From positions 1 through 6,450 of the IMG/VR virus record IMGVR_UViG_3300011982_000013: 6,450 bases of DNA; one strand, given 5' to 3'. Source of the DNA: a virus. The position numbers and the translations under genes were made by a program. Position 1 is the first letter of the stretch, and every line of letters starts with the position of its first letter. The notes under the pieces are model-generated. The model had not been told where the DNA came from, did not search any database, and saw nothing but the letters and a program-made list of their open reading frames with translations. Shown here piece after piece: positions 5,166 to 6,450 of the stretch.

Positions 5166-6170
5166 CTACTTGGCGTGGCTCATGAAGTTTGCCATTCCAT
5201 TCAGGAGGATGCTAGTACCTTGTAGCATTCTATCGACAGGAGCAAACTTTATCTGCGTTTCGTAGTAGCGAGACTGAGTATCCTTTGACTTTATTTCTGA
5301 CTTGATTTTCTCCTCGACGAAGCGCTGAGTTTTGCGAAGGATGACAGCATTTTCCGCTATTACGTCTTGCTGTAAAGTCTCCGTTAGAGCTTTCTTCATA
5401 AGCAACTCCTTTTGAGCGTAAGAGAGCTGAGTTTGAGCGCGGATATACGCCATAGTGACAAAGAGCGACTTTATCTTAGCTTGAATCTCCAACACCTTTG
5501 CAGGGGCAGTGTGCTTGAGCTCGAATTCAGCTAGGAGAGTTTGCGCCTGAATATAGTCAGCTTGATTAGCTGCAGCGAGGGCTTCAGATTGCAACTTCTT
5601 CAAATCAGCCTCCTCGAACTTGCGCTGTCTAGCGACATTATAAAGAGTGCTATCCGTTTGGGCGCGAACGTTTGCTAGTTCAGCTTCGTTCTTATCTTTT
5701 CGAGTTTCATTATCCGTCTCTATGCCTTGCGTTTCAGCTTGTGTTTTAGCTATATCGGCTTCGACTTTCTGTTTCTGAAGGTCTATTAATTGCTGTTGCT
5801 GTGCCATAGCGGCGATTTGCGCGCCGCCAGAGGCAACGCCTTGACCAAGGGTGCCTAGAGCGTTTTCAGCTCGGGGTGCTCCTTCTCCAGAGGCGGAGGT
5901 CACCGCCTGGGTGATACCAGGCGTAATATTCGACAGGGCGAGTGCAGGGTTAATACCTGCTTCCTCGAGACGCTTGCGCTGATTAGCTGGAGTGTTATAT
6001 TCATTGCTCCTATTCCATTGCTCGAGGTTGAAGCGGTTTTGCGCTTCCATGAGTTTCTGTTGGGTAAGAGCGTTGAACTTATTAGTGGAGGCTTGCCCGA
6101 TAGCGGACAAACCTCCACCAATAAGGCTGCTACCTCCAGCGATTAGCGCGGCTAATACAGCTGGAGCCAT
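5166..6170 (-). CDS. VP2: Minor capsid / DNA pilot protein (Microviridae VP2, H-like), 334 aa
   Basis: It has a Gly-rich hydrophobic N-terminus (AAIAGGSSLIGGGLSAIG) and the conserved ...QRKRLEEAGINPALA... motif (gokushovirus VP2 consensus K-[DE]-AG-[LI]-NP). The rest is a Q/A-rich coiled-coil-like region. AAAGGAAG lies 7 nt upstream. Confidence 0.8.
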   Translation of the reverse strand: MAPAVLAALIAGGSSLIGGGLSAIGQASTNKFNALTQQKLMEAQNRFNLEQWNRSNEYNTPANQRKRLEEAGINPALALSNITPGITQAVTSASGEGAPRAENALGTLGQGVASGGAQIAAMAQQQQLIDLQKQKVEADIAKTQAETQGIETDNETRKDKNEAELANVRAQTDSTLYNVARQRKFEEADLKKLQSEALAAANQADYIQAQTLLAEFELKHTAPAKVLEIQAKIKSLFVTMAYIRAQTQLSYAQKELLMKKALTETLQQDVIAENAVILRKTQRFVEEKIKSEIKSKDTQSRYYETQIKFAPVDRMLQGTSILLNGMANFMSHAK

Positions 6171-6172
6171 AG

Positions 6173-6304
6173 CTATTCTTCCTTTTCCATTTCACGTGGA
6201 ACGTCCTCGGGCTTCTCCTTGGGCTTGGGGACAAGACCGAGGATAGAGATAATGAGAGGCACAACGTCTACGATAAACTTGAGCCACTTGATTACCTTGT
6301 TCAT
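6173..6304 (-). CDS. ORF44: small single-TM protein (MNKVIKWLKFIVDVVPLIISILGLVPKPKEKPEDVPREMEKEE), candidate membrane or lysis-related peptide
   Basis: Manual translation of the 165-nt gap between the ORF133 stop (6336) and the VP2 start (6170). It has a hydrophobic core of about 19 residues followed by a K/E/P-rich charged tail. It is on the same strand as the other genes. Its stop overlaps the VP2 RBS and is 2 nt before the VP2 ATG. It is below the 60-aa cutoff of the ORF track. No SD. Confidence 0.3.
   Translation of the reverse strand: MNKVIKWLKFIVDVVPLIISILGLVPKPKEKPEDVPREMEKEE
6178..6185 (-). promoter_or_regulatory. Shine-Dalgarno-like AAAGGAAG, 7 nt upstream of the VP2 ATG (inside the last codons of ORF44)
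   Basis: Reverse complement of cttccttt. The same 8-mer precedes VP1. Confidence 0.5.
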
Positions 6305-6335
6305 AATTGTAAGTATTAAGAGTTATACATACCAG

Positions 6336-6353
6336 CTACTTGTCGCTGGGTGG
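6336..6353 (-). CDS. 3' end of wrap-around ORF133 (codons PPSDK plus TAG stop)
   Basis: This continues the frame of the 1..384 minus ORF across the circular junction (position 6354 corresponds to position 1). The stop is cta at 6336..6338. Confidence 0.45.
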   Translation of the reverse strand, partial: PPSDK

Positions 6354-6450
6354 GGCGGCCTCCTCGTCAAAGAGAGAGGGAAGGAGCGTCTGGTGAACGT
6401 AGCGACTCCAGAGTCTTCTATCTACGTCGTCATTCACAACGAGGCGAGAG
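6354..6450. repeat. Duplicate of 1..97 (circular overlap)
   Basis: Exact identity to the window start. Confidence 0.9.

Noticed and set aside
5007-5225. 72-aa plus-strand ORF (MQLGDKEMQLQ...)
   Set aside because: Its start is created by the gatgcagtt direct repeats in the right arm of the long hairpin. It is antisense, runs through the terminator-like hairpin, and overlaps the VP2 3' end.
5900-6246. 73-aa minus-strand (5900..6121) and 84-aa plus-strand (5992..6246) ORFs overlapping the VP2 N-terminus
   Set aside because: They are an alternate frame and an antisense frame of a well-supported gene (VP2). Their P/S/R-rich composition is typical of frame artefacts.

Overview
The window is a complete circular Microviridae (gokushovirus-like, ssDNA) genome of about 6353 bp, with the first 97 nt (1..97) repeated exactly at 6354..6450. 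All convincing genes lie on the minus strand, so the window is the reverse complement of the viral (mRNA-sense) strand. In coding direction the order is: VP2 DNA-pilot protein, an ~880-nt ORF-free and heavily structured intergenic region, two tandem paralogous Tyr-rich small ORFs (106 and 120 aa), the Rep/VP4 rolling-circle initiator (460 aa, with HUH and Y-x3-Y motifs and an N-terminal Cys4 motif), the VP1/F major capsid protein (607 aa), an acidic 133-aa ORF that wraps across the origin, and a 44-aa transmembrane mini-ORF, then back to VP2. This departs from the canonical gokushovirus layout: there is no VP5 between Rep and VP1, extra ORFs sit between VP1 and VP2, and there is no recognisable VP3 after VP2. 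The features most worth a second look are the structured noncoding region (long hairpins and Z-DNA-prone CG tracts, a candidate complementary-strand origin), the tandem paralogs, and the wrap-around and small membrane ORFs that a linear ORF scan misses.
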